Assembly (NCBI GenBank): GCA_900088475.1
Contig: FLMG01003683.1
Coordinates: 1-35,678, forward strand
DNA length: 35,678 bases
Direction of reading: 5' to 3'
Source: Hyphochytrium catenoides
Lineage: Eukaryota; Protista; Hyphochytriomycota
Position numbers and translations under genes: made by a program. Each line of letters starts with the position of its first letter. Positions within the stretch are counted from its first letter, which is position 1. Positions 23,151 to 35,345 of this stretch are shown here, one piece after another. The notes below the pieces were generated by a model. The model did not search any database. It saw nothing but the letters and a program-made list of their open reading frames with translations, and was not told where the DNA came from.

Positions 23151-25847
23151 AGCAGCAGGCCACGGAAAGGAGGAAATGTGAAAGAGAAGGTTGAGAAGAA
23201 AGAGCATCTTGAGCCCAAGAGAGAGGAAAGGGACGGACGAAAACGTTTGCCCCTTTACGAAACCGAGAAGCGCCTCTGCAGCTTCTTTGTCTTCTGACCG
23301 TTCATCTTCCCTTCCTCAATCTTCACTGCTCTTGTCTCTCTTTCAGTCTGTCTCGTGATGCCTCTCCCTCATTCCGTGTCATATCTGGCTTCTTTTGCCG
23401 TTGGTCTCACACTTGCTTTTCCTGTTCCAGGATGTTCCAGGACAAGGCTGTCCTTGTTATGGAACTGTTGGGGGAGAGCCTCTCACAGCTCAGACAGAAG
23501 GCGCAGTCGGCTAACGGACTCTCTCCTACCGAAGTCATACCCGTCGCTTTGCAGGTCAGTCGTCACAGAGAACGATAAATCCCTACGATGCTCTGAGATG
23601 TCTTTCACCTTGCATGGCTAATGCTGCTCTAAGATGTCTCTCAGCTTGCATGATCAATGGGGAATTGTCTGTCTGCTCTATCCTCGTTTCCTTTTCACTT
23701 GTATATCCTCCTTTGCTGTCCACTCTAAGTTCTTTGCTTTGCGCTCTCTTTCTTTCCCTCTCTCTCTCGGGTTCCCTCTTTTGCTGTGCAATGCTGGATG
23801 TCTGTACAAGGAGAAGTGCGATCTGTACATAACCTTTACTTGTCTTCTCCTCTCTGTTATCTATCACTGGACCGCGGACCTCCAGATGTTAAGCTGCCTG
23901 GAGGACCTACACCGTGCAGGATATGTGCATAGAGACATTAAGCCCTCAAACTTCGTGAGNNNNCCCCCCCTCTCTTTACCTATCTATTATCTATCTATCT
24001 ATCTATCTCTTTCTTCCTTGGGTTCTCGCCACGCACGATGTGACAGCCTCATTCCTAAGGTTCCTCACCACTTGTTCTGTGAGGGCTCTTGGCGTTTTCT
24101 CCTTGATGACAGTGCTTCTCTTATCCTCGGCAATTCGGTGGCAATGAACTGCCTCATCCTAGCTGAGTCTGTCATGCCTGGTGCAACTTTTTGTGAGTGA
24201 CTCTCACGGAGTTTTGCCATAATCTTACACGGTACTTCTCCCTCCGGTGCTTTGCAGTGACTTCTATCTTATAGACTTTGGCCTGACCAAGCCATTCAGA
24301 ACCGCATCAGGTAGATCGGCCAGCTCTTTTCATGCTATAGCTGCCCCACCTCTTTGTCAGTTTCCAACCTCATATTCCACTTTACTCTGGCTCTATCTCA
24401 CTCCTTTTTGCAGGGGAAGTAATCCCTCCTAGATCTAAAGCAGACTTTCGAGGGACGTCCATGTACGCTTCGGCTGGAGCGCATGCATTGAGGGAACAAG
24501 GGCCGGTGGACGACATGTGGTCCTTCCTCTTTGTAGTGGTCGACCTCCTAAGAGGAGAATTGCCCTGGAGCCGAGAGGCGCTAAATAAAGAGAGAGACGC
24601 AGTGTTGAAGCTTAAGACACATTATACTATCTCCTCTCCCGCTGACCTCGTGGAAGGCTTGCCAGGAGAGCGGTATCTGCTCGAGATCATGAAGGAGCTG
24701 GGACGAGGAAAGGAGTATGGTTTCATGCCTGACTATAACAAGATCAGACAGCTCTTGGAAGCCATCCAGTCAGAACGAACCGAGAATGTCCTACAAGCGG
24801 TCTCTTACTCTGCTCAAGCAGCGGCAGGCATCGACTCGAGGGCTGAGCCAGAGAGCTGGGCAGAAAGGGCGCTCAAAGCGGTGCGTCGTTGCTGTGTCCT
24901 GATGTCCTTTACTTCAAAGGCGTCAAATTCGCTTTTTCTAGCTCTCATTTTCAATTCTAACTGGCTCTAGATGCCCTGGCGCAAGATAATACTCTCGCGC
25001 CTTCCCGTTCTTTCCTGCCCGTATGCTCTCTCTCTCTCTCTCTCTCTCTCTTCTTTTTCGCGGTTTGTCCCTCTACTCGATCATCTTCTCACATGTGCAC
25101 AAGAATTACGAACAATCCTGACTCTAATGAAGGCTTGCCTCTTCAAAATATCTTGTCTCTCCCTCCTATGTCTATTACTCTTCTTCTACACTGACACTTA
25201 CCTTCTCATTCTTCCGTGCACAGCTGGCAGCGGGGAACCTCCACTCTCTCTGTGCCGTCCTTGAGGTCAGTATATTTTACGTGAATAGTCTGCACATCAA
25301 TCTTACCTGTCTAGTAACTCCCGATATCTGCACCTTTTGGCAGGAGGCGGAGAAGAACGGAGGATTTTTCTTGACACATACGGAGAACTTCGATCAAGCC
25401 CTTAAGGTTCACTCCTATGGACTTCAATATCATCGTGCCTGCTGGCCTCCTTGATCTCCTCTGTTCTCTATTGCACCCGTCATTTCGTTTCTTCTTCGAC
25501 CTCAACGTAATTGTCTCCATTTCGTCACCCTTCTCGCTCTTACCCGTCTCCCACCGGGCGAACTGCTCTCCTGCTCTTCCACCCAGATTCAAGAGATTTT
25601 GTTCCAAGTAGAGAAAGCTGTTCATGACAAGAAGGTCGCCCCTCCGTCTATCCAGACATTTGATGAGCAGCAGAAGCACGAGCAGCAGCTGCGAGCAGAT
25701 GCGATGAGACGACGCCGAGAGAAGGAGGAGCAGTTCAAGGCATCGCTGTACGGAGCACAACGAGACAAAGACCAGGGACCAACAACCTCTGCTGCTCAAG
25801 TAGATGAGCGAGGAGAAGGAGAAAAACAGATGCGGAAGCCTAGCTGA
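22431..25847 (+). CDS. TTBK: Tau-tubulin-kinase-like Ser/Thr kinase (CK1 group), about 11-12 exons
   Basis: Spliced: MLK|PGEVIEKRWRVLEKIGE|GTFSEIYAARD...VAVKIESK|...KQVLEWE...KLQHLPHIC|...LVMELLGESLSQLR|...LHRAGYVHRDIKPSNF[gap]|FYLIDFGLTK|...PPRSKADFRGTSMYASAGAH...DDMWSFLF...GELPW...PDY. It lacks the APE motif as CK1-group kinases do, and has TTBK-like RW.V..KIG.G.F.EIY, KQVL..E and FRGT..YAS motifs. The C-terminal tail ends ...QMRKPS* at 25847. Confidence 0.88.
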
Positions 25848-26092
25848 AGGTCAAAATAATGCAATTTAGCTTGTTATGCTACCCTTACTCCTGAGTGTGT
25901 CTGTTTTAGGAGTCAGAATGCGCTCACTCTAGGGGAAAGTGTGGGCTAGATCCTGTCAAAGTGAAGACATTTTCATGTCTTCCCCGATGTGACGGTCGAG
26001 GAACTATCCCAATATGTGCAAGCTTCCCTGTTGATTGATGTTTTCCTCTTGGCCCATCTCTCTCTCTCTCTCTTTTTGCCCCAAACGAGGAC

Positions 26093-26557
26093 TTATCTTA
26101 AGATACTGATGTCATAACCACCATACGAGGACTTATCCTCTGGCACAGGAATGAATCTCATAAGCACTCCCAGAGGTAGAGCAATGCTTCCTAGCCCAGC
26201 TGCGATCAGCCACTGCTCCGCACTCAAAGGCGACGTTTTCACAAAGTCCCCGCCGAACTGAGTTAATAGAACTTGCAGGAAAGTGGTGATGAAGACGATC
26301 ATCACAAAGGTGCGGTTGGTGAAGAAGCCTTGGAAGACGTTCCACTTATCGCCGATGCTGCGCGAGTTGATCTCGTTGAAGATCTGGCAGAAGACGAAGG
26401 TGCAGAAGACGATAGAGAAGTGCCTGTAGTCGAACTGCATGCAAGCCTTTTTCTCATCATCATAATACTCCACACATTCGTTGCCGGGTGGAACTTGGAA
26501 CCAATCGGAGCCCTTGAAGATCAGAAGTAGCTGGACCGTCAGCTGCAGGATGAAGAT

Positions 26558-26597
<40 letters not shown>

Positions 26598-29500
26598 AGG
26601 ATTAGAAACACGATCGAATCCTAGACCGAGCCCGATCGAAGACATTCTTCAGAAGTAGCTCTTTCTCTCTCTTTCTCTGCGTTTTTCATGCTTTATCAAT
26701 GTGATTTGCCTCATACCGAGGAGTCGGAACCTACCTGGAAGCCGCTCTGCACTGCAATATTTCTGATCATATAAGGGTCCAGAAGCCTAGCCGAGCGCTT
26801 GTATGGCCGTCGGTTGAGCAAGTCAATGGTGGGTTCCTCTGTGCCCAGCGCCAGAGCGCCCATGGTGTCCATGATAAGGTTCACCCAGAGCATCATCACA
26901 GCGTTCAGTGGGGGTTCGAAGTCTGCGCAAGCCGCGATGAAGGTAACGCACAGCGCAACCTACGGAGAGTTTATTAGCCAAGAAGAGTCCACTTCACGGC
27001 AAACACTCTCTCTTTCTCTTTCTGTTCTATTAACTCCTTTGCCCCCGAAGAAAGGGAAGAGCATACTCACCACATTAACGGTCAATTGGAACTGAAGGAA
27101 CTTGCGAATATTGTCATAGACACATCGACCCCAGAGTACTGCCTGACGGATAGAAAAGAATCTGTCGTCCATGATGACAATCGCTATGAAGCGGAAGAGA
27201 GAGAGAGAGAGAGCGGGGGGTGGGGTGGGGGGAAGAGAGGGAGAGATTATTGTTAGTGAACAAGAGGCCACAGGGAGAAGAGAGAGACAGGAACCGCATA
27301 CGGATTGCTAAGTAGAATAAGGTCTCTGAGAAAGAAGGTCATTACCTGAGGCTTCTTTGGCCACTTCCGTGCCCGAGAGACCCATCGAGAGCCCCACGTC
27401 TGCCGCCTTGAGGGCAGGAGCATCGTTGGTTCCATCTCCTGTGACGCCTACCACCTCTCCGGTCTTCTTTAGAAGGGTAACGAGCTTGAACTTGTCATCG
27501 GGTGAAGAGCGTGCCAGGACCTGAGGAGGCAGAACCGTCAATATAATTCAGACATTAACATCGGAGGGGACGGGTAAGAACGAAGGAGAACAAGGGTGAA
27601 AGGCGGAGTAGTAAAAGACCCTGAGTCACCAGAGCAATGAAGAGTCAGAAGACGAGAGACGCGGGCTCCTTTTAGAGAGAGAAGTAAGCCGGAGAGGAGC
27701 ATCCATAGGACAAGTTAGACAAAGTGGAAGGAGAAGAACTAGGTAGGAGACGCACGGAAAGCGTTCGTTCGGAGAATTCAATAGGAGAGTTGGAAGAGAG
27801 AAAGAGAGAGAGAGAGAGAGCAGAGAGAGAGGCTACAAAAAGGAAGAGCGCAGCACCTGCAGCCGAGGCAGTAGAGCCTCAATCTCACTATCAGGCATCT
27901 TCCGGAATGAAGGACCCTCCAAAGCTAAGCCCTTGGCAGTCAGGATGCCGCACTGCTTAGCGATGGCACTGGCGGTATGAATGTTGTCACCCGTGACCAT
28001 TCTAACCATGATCCCTGCCTTCTGACACTGATTCACGGCGTCAACGACGTCAGGCCGCAGAGGGTCAATGATACCGAAGATGGCATCCAGCACCATCTCC
28101 GAGTCGGGAGGCGTGTCTAGCGCTTCTAGGTTGTCAGGGATCGCACCATAGGGGATCTCCTTATGAGCTACACCGATGGTTCTGAGGGCTGGAGAGCACA
28201 GGGAGGAGAAGAGAGTGAGAACGGAGAATAGGGGAGAGAAAGAGGGTAGAGAGCGAGAAAGGAGACGGTGGAAAATATTGTGGACAATATTGCGACCGCG
28301 GCAAATAGTGCCTTTTGAGCCGACGGTAACAGACAAAGTATAGAGATCTCACCTTCTCCGGCCATGGTGATGATAATCTTGTTCAGGTCCTCACGCATCT
28401 TCGTTGTCAGAGCCACAATGTTCCCGTTCTTGTCCAAGATACTATTGCAGTTCTTCAGGACAATCTCAGACGCACCCTGAGCAAACGAAGAGATAAGTGA
28501 GAACGAGAGGCGTCATAACAGCGGCGAGAGAGCGCGGGACAGGGTGTCAAAAGATATAGAATTGCTAGGAAACGTGGTGCGTGCATACCTTGCAATAGAG
28601 AATATGTCCTCCATTCTGAGGATTCTTCAGCACGGACGCCATCTGCTTCTTCTCTGAGCTGAACGGGTAAATTCTGTACGTTCCCTTGGCAGACATAGCC
28701 TCCTTCCTGACCTTCTCATAGTCAATGCCCACGGAGCGAAGGAAGAGCAGAAGAGCGCCCTCTGTCTTGTTGCCGTTGACTTCGATAATGGGGCCTTTCT
28801 CTTTAAGAATAGCGCTAGAGTTAATTGACAAACTCTTTTCTAAGATAGTCTTAAGGTCGAGTGGCAGAGAGGTAGGCAGCTTGCCCTGAGGATAGTATTG
28901 GCCGTCAAAGTAGCCAGCGACCACGGTCATTCTGTTCTCAGTCAGCGTGCCGGTCTTGTCTGAGCAAATGTTCGTGGCATTGCCCATTGTCTCACATGCA
29001 GCGAGGACACGAATGAGGTTGTTATCCTGAAGCATTTTTTGCGTGGAGTAGGCGAGAGAGACAGTGACAGCCAGAGGAAGACCTTCGGGAACAGCTACGA
29101 CTACCACGGTGACAGCAGTAATAAAAGCACGAACCAAGAAGACGGCAAGTGTCTCTTTCCTCTCCTCTTCACTGTGAGAGAAGTATCGGATAAGCATTGC
29201 GCTGAAGGTAAGCAGTGAGGCAGCCATGCCCACGTATCCTACTCCCTTGGCCATCTTCTCTAGCTTCTCCATGAGAGGAGTGGGCTCCGCCTCACTTGTA
29301 AGCTTAGACTTGATGCGTCCCCAGCGTGAGTCTGGTCCGACGGCAATGCAAAGAGCCTTGCATTGTCCCGAGGTAAGCATGCAGCCCGAAAGAAGAAACG
29401 GATCTTTCTTATCGCTCTTCGAAATATCATCGGGCTCTCCCGTGAGACTGGACTCATTGCTCTTAGCCTCGTGTCCCTCAATGAACACCAGGTCCGCAGG

Positions 29501-30082
29501 GATCTTGTCTCCGGTAGCCAAGACGACGATATCTCCCACCTGAAGCTCTGCAACGGGGATATCATCTTGCTTTCCATCTCTCAATACCTTGACTTGAATC
29601 TTCTCCTTCTGCTCATTGAGCTTGCGGAACTGCTTCTCCTTTGAATAGTTGTTGAACGCGGTCACGAAGACCACCAGAAGGACAGAGATAAAGATCGTTA
29701 ACCCTTCAATCCATCCTTTCTTAGGATTCTCAATGGTGCCTACTACTAAGGATATCGCCGAGGCAATCGTCAGGACAATAAGCATAGGATCGCTGAAAGC
29801 AGCAAACGCCAGCTGGAAGATCGTCTTAGGCGGTGCCTGAGGATAGACGTTGCTTCCAAAGACTATTGAACGGTCATTGAAGTTTGTCTTGGCCTCTTGT
29901 GAGCTTAGACCACTGTCCAGGTCCGTGTGCAGCATCTTGGCAAGGCTCGCAACTCCTCCGATGGACTTTAGAGTCTCAAAGTTTTCCTTGGTCATCTGGT
30001 CCTGATTGAGGGCTGCTAGCCGCTCTCTATTGATCTGAAAAAGCCCGCCCGGGTCGGGCTTTACGACGGCTGAAGATGCCAT
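26093..30082 (-). CDS. P-type Ca2+-transporting ATPase, type IIB (PMCA/ACA/Pmc1 family)
   Basis: Seven exons (first 30082-28589). Motifs [46 protein letters not shown] (phospho-Asp), [79 protein letters not shown]. Confidence 0.97.
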
Positions 30083-30539
30083 CTTACTTCTTTTGATGAA
30101 GGACCCTTGACTCCCTTTGACTGTCTTGCTCTTAAGCTCTAGCCCACAGGAAGGATAGAGTCACCCTTTATAGCCGCAAGACCTCTACCTTGCACCGATC
30201 GCTTCCCATCTACTTCGCACCCCACATCTTTCCTCACTTCTTTTATCTCCGCTATCGGGCCCCACGTCCCCTTTGCCAGACCCAAGGCTGTTCTATGCCC
30301 CTGAACTCACAATTGACCTCCCAATTCTCGAGTGCGCCACCTCAAGGCTCGCGTCCAGGGTGCAGTTTTCCTTGAGGCGGAAGCTCTTCAATAGTCCTTG
30401 TCGATCTGCACTTCGCTCCAACTGCACCAGGAACTCGACACTGGCGAGGCGAGGATGATTGGGAAAGATGCAAAAGAGCAAGCTCTCAGTCCCTAGCGTT
30501 TGGCAATGCAGCGGGAGATGAGCTTGAGCGTGTGCCGCT

Positions 30540-30627
30540 CGCCTTCTTCTCTCTTTGCGCTTGCCCTCTGTCCTTCTCTCTCTTCTTATACCTCTCTCCT
30601 TTCTTTGTTCGCTCTCTCTCTCTCTCT

Positions 30628-30663
<36 letters not shown>
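30540..30663. repeat. (CT)n-rich microsatellite tract
   Basis: Visible polypyrimidine and CT repeat. Confidence 0.85.
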
Positions 30664-30665
<2 letters not shown>

Positions 30666-31073
30666 CTGGATTCCAGTTCCTAAGAAGTGCAAGCCGAGCA
30701 GCTCCAGTGAGGCCGTTACTCACCTTCAGCCATCAAACTACTACTATACAAATCATAGGCCTTATAGCGCTAAAAGGGATATTACTATCCCATTCATAGT
30801 AATAATCAAGAGGCATTCAGGCTAAATCAAGGCGAAAAGGTTTCATAGTAATAAGCTCAGCGACAACGTGCAACCCGATAGATTTCAATATTATTTTGAA
30901 TCTTTCACTTAAGATTACTGTATATACGAATGCATTTGTTTGTTACCGAAGCGCTTCAAGGAAAGATTCCCCGTTCGTTATGAAGTGAGTGGTCAATACC
31001 TTGTAACGACCCTTTGACCGGTAACCGCTAGCTGTAGGTGGTTTTGGCAAGGTTTGGGTGCGGGAGTAAAACG

Positions 31074-31105
<32 letters not shown>

Positions 31106-31375
31106 ATTCTCTCTCTCTCTCCCCTCTTCTCTCTCTTTCTCTCTCTCTCTCACTCTCTCTCTCTTCTCTCACTCTCTCTCTCTTCTCTCTCTCTCTCATC
31201 CGTTTTTCACCTTTTCTCCTCTCTCAACTCTTAGGTCTACTCTTTGCTTGTATCTCTGTCTGGTCCTCTTTCCCTTCTCTTTGGCCTCCTCTCTCCATCT
31301 TCTATCTCTCTTCACCTTCGTCTTCCCTTGCTTCTGTCTCTTCTTGGGCCCTAACCCTTCTCTCTCTTGCCTCTA
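31074..31375. repeat. Long (CT)n microsatellite decaying into a ~300 bp polypyrimidine tract
   Basis: Visible tract. Confidence 0.9.
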
Positions 31376-32741
31376 CTAGGCGCCTATTGCCTGGTCCTGG
31401 ATTTTTTGCCCTCCTCCTGCTGCTTCTTGATCTTTTGCCCCTCTCTCTTCACAGTGAAGAAGACCTCGAGTGCTCCTACTCCTCCTTGCGTGCCTCTTAG
31501 TGAAAGGCCAACCAAGCCTATGAATCAGAAGAGCTGATGATGGAGCCTTTTGCTGTTTGGCACGTGCTTGTGTCAAGCAGTGAAGAGAGCTTGGAGCTAA
31601 CGACGTAGCATCTAGAGGAGGAAGAAGGAAGGAAAGGAAAAGGACCAGGAGAGCAAGGGAAGGAAGACAGCAGATCCTAGCGTTACATCTGTAGGACGGA
31701 GTAGCTGGACAAAAGCGAATGAGCGTAGTGCCTGTCTCACGTGAGTCCGGCTACTCTATAGATCCACGCGCTTAGAGGGAACATTTGTGCTTGGTACCGG
31801 AACAGTTATGTGCCAGCTGCTTGGTGGTGCATAATATCTCCTATGGTGCTCCTGCTGTTAGAGGAAGGATGGCTGCCAGTTGGCGGCTCTAAAAGGAAAC
31901 AGATCCCTAGTCAGGAGCATGCCTCCTGCAGGGCAAGATACAGAGATGTCCAGTAGGAGAATGGATTGTGATGGGAAGAGAAGATGATGGTGATGAGGAT
32001 GGATGATGGCAGACAGACAGTGGAGCGCTCCACTGCTGCTGCTACTACTAAGGTACAGCAGCATCTTCTTCTGGGGACCACTTCGAGAGAGAGAGAGAGA
32101 GACAGCAAGCAAGACGGAAACTATAGAGAAAGAGGAGTCAACTTGACATTCAGGGACAACACGGAAGAAATATTTGACGAAGTGGGCGAAGGGAGAGAGA
32201 GAATTGATCGGGCAAAGGAGGAGGATCTGTCACTTGCAAGCAAATATGATCAACATTAGATAGTGACGAGACAAAGAGTACGAACGAGAGGATCAAAAGA
32301 GACAAGACTGAGCTTGCTTGCCCGTCTTTTATGACGTCGTCTAATGCGCTTTAGGTTGCCGTGCTGGGACCTTCTCGCTATGACATAGAACCTCCTTCCC
32401 TTCCTAAGAGCAAATGAACCTATGTCCTGCTGTGCTCCTCCCGTTCTTTTACCTCTGTGGGTGCGCAGAGGTTGAAGAGCTAAAGATCAGCCAAGGCGGG
32501 AGAGGCGGCTGCGATAGACGTGGTACATTCTCAATGATTGGTTGGACGACCTTCTTATCGTTCTGTTCACTGTTCTGCTTAGTTGTTCACTAGGAAGCTC
32601 TTTCCGTCTCTCTCAAGCTGCCGACTGAGATGAAGTGGCCTGTTAGAGAGACAGCTCCTCCTAAATGGCATCCAGGCCATAACAATGTTGTTGAGCGTTA
32701 ATAAAGAACACATAGATGTAAATCGTTCCTTCTCTGTCGCA

Positions 32742-32743
<2 letters not shown>

Positions 32744-32829
<86 letters not shown>

Positions 32830-32835
32830 CCTCTC
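32744..32835. repeat. (CT)n microsatellite
   Basis: About 90 bp imperfect CT run. Confidence 0.92.
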
Positions 32836-33587
32836 GTTCGTCACAGTCTTTTTGTCTGAGCCCGACGGGCTGATGCTCCTCCTCCTATCTTTCGCTGTTT
32901 CTCTTTTCGAGATTCACTTGCTTCCGGTCATCGACCGCGTGCCCTTCCCCTGAACGGACGCACACGCTCCCGGGGCAGTTTACTCCTCTCATAGAGAAGG
33001 CAGTCCAAAGTTGATCAATTCCTTTCCTTATCATCTGTTCAGCAAACAGAAATTGTGTCTCGTGGGGTTTATGACTAAAAATAGCTGTGAAGCTCTTTTC
33101 GAGGCCAGATGACTGCTGCGAGTGTAGGCGCCGGTGCCAAGAGGAAGGTGACAGGTCAAGACTAGGGAGTGCGTTCAGCGGAAACCATCGACGCGTGTGA
33201 GAGAATGAGAGGAGAAGAGATGGGAGAGACATCTGGAAAGAGAAGACAATAGTATAAGTTGTTAGCATGTGTCATTTGGATGTCCTCTCGGCTTCCGTCT
33301 TTGCCAGGCAGTTTCTTCGTTATTCCCCTTGCACGCCAACTCCCTGCGCATGCCCAGACTGCTGAGCTGAGGCATGCTCCCCGTTCTTTCTCTCCTATCT
33401 CAGATAGATTTGCAAGATAGGGATCTAGCAGAGGCAGCACAATCTTTCTTTATTGGATCCTAGACAATGCCTGGCCTCTGATGCCCAATTCTTATAATGC
33501 AAAGGTCATTCCTGGGTTGATACGCCAGGCCCTCGCATGCTAAGAGCTAAGAAAGAAGTTCAAGTCTAAGTGAGAGTCGCACGGGAG

Positions 33588-33643
<56 letters not shown>
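33588..33643. repeat. (CA)n(GA)n compound microsatellite
   Basis: cacacacaca followed by a GA run. Confidence 0.9.
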
Positions 33644-33646
<3 letters not shown>

Positions 33647-34203
33647 TGAGATGTAGCTGAGGAAGCTGCCATAGTTCGTCTAAGCGAGAGTAAAAAGCTC
33701 TACAACAGTCAGCTTGCTATGCGACATGCTTCCTGACGTGCCTAAAGCCTATCTTCCGCGTCGCGAGCGCCACCGTTGAGGGGTAAACGACGGCTCTTGT
33801 TACGTCCCGCAACTGCTGAGGCAAACGTTGCCTTGAAGGCCTGAGATCTGTCCAAGTCTAACGGCATTGAGGCCGACGCGGGAGTGACACTTGAGCCAAA
33901 TCTATGACTGTATCTCAGACTCAAAGAGAGCCAGGGAAGAGAGCAACTCCTTCTGAGAAGAACATGAGTCCTCAAGCTCTATTCGTTTCGCCTTCAAGAG
34001 AGCAATGGCAACCATTGTCGAAGAAGAGAAGATGTTGGTCGGCATGATTCAGAGAAGAGAATGAGTCAGGAGATAGTGCTCGGTAGACCTGGGATGGATG
34101 CTACCATTAACTATAAGAAAGCAGGAACCTAGGAAGGAAGACACAAGCATTACTCTGAGAGAAAATAAGCGAGACCGTGACACTGAGCGAGAGACACTAA
34201 GGA

Positions 34204-34242
<39 letters not shown>

Positions 34243-34308
34243 AGACAAAGAAGAAGAGAAGAAAGGAGCCAGTAAAGGCGGCAAGCACAAAGAGGGGCTC
34301 TCTAGTAC

Positions 34309-34474
34309 CTGCCAGTTGACGATCTCGGCGGAGTGGATGTCATGGCTAAGTGGAGCGCCTAGAATGACCGCTTTCAAGCGGTGACCCAGCGCTTTATAAC
34401 TCTTTTGATAGTCTAACACCAGCGCAGAGAGACTCTAAGAAGAAGAAAGCGAGAGGGGTTGAGAAAATGCGAGG

Positions 34475-34521
<47 letters not shown>

Positions 34522-34864
34522 GTGCCCAAAAGCCTCCTTACCTCATACGTCAGGCTTTTATACATGAGACTGTCCTTCCTGCTAATGCCCAGAGCGCCCC
34601 ATTGGCCCTGCGCGACCAAAGAGAAACAGTGTTATAAACTGGTCATCTCTTCTTCTCTTCTCTTTGCGTCTCTTAGGCGGGCCTTCGCCATGTTGCACCC
34701 ACGGACTCCTGTCTGCCTCTCGCAAAGAATAGAGATCCCTCCCCCCTCTCCCCTTCTCTCCCTATAAGTATATGTACGAATATATAATAACGTTCTTTCT
34801 TTCTTTCTCTTCTCTCGATTTCTCCCTCTCTNNNNNNNNNNNNNNNNNNNNNNNNNNNNNNNNN

Positions 34865-34899
<35 letters not shown>

Positions 34900-35293
34900 G
34901 TCTCTCTCTCCCTCTCTCCTCTCACCGCCCCTTCCCATACACACATAACCTTGATTTTCTAGAGAAGCATTGACAGCAACGGTTCTCATTCCTCTCTTGC
35001 CTTGCGTTTGCGTGTCTCTCTCCCGCCCATACTATCATCAAAGAAGTCCTACCTTAAACCTCAGGGCCAAGACGATGTGCCTTGTCTCCACTCCTTCAAG
35101 CTCCGTCCTCAAGCTCAGGGGGAGGCGGATCAAGAGAGAGAGAGGAGCAGTAAGGTAGGCGGCGAGGAAGACAGCTTCAAGGCACTGGATAGGGAGAGAG
35201 TCCCGGATCATCTCCTTCGCTGTGCTGCAGATCTGCTGGAAGCTCCGTCTCGTCTTGCTCCGATTGTGAAAGTAAACGTTGATGTAGTTGTAC
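34309..35293 (-). CDS. VASH: Vasohibin (tubulin tyrosine carboxypeptidase, transglutaminase-like fold); partial, 5' exons beyond the window or in the gap, 3' end unresolved (next exon probably near 33840)
   Basis: Exons 35293-35053, 34607-34542 and 34434-34309 splice in phase 0: YNYINVYFHNRSKTRRSFQQICSTAKEMIRDSLPIQCLEAVFLAAYLT...RLPLSLRT...RHIVLALRFK|GQWGALGISRKDSLMYKSLTYE|SLSALVLDYQKSYKALGHRLKAVILGAPLSHDIHSAEIVNWQ. This matches vasohibin LPIKCLEAV / RHIVL / GALGMSRR..LMYK / SHDPHS.E.I.W. Confidence 0.93.
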
Positions 35294-35307
35294 CTGTTGG
35301 CGTTGGT

Positions 35308-35309
<2 letters not shown>

Positions 35310-35345
<36 letters not shown>

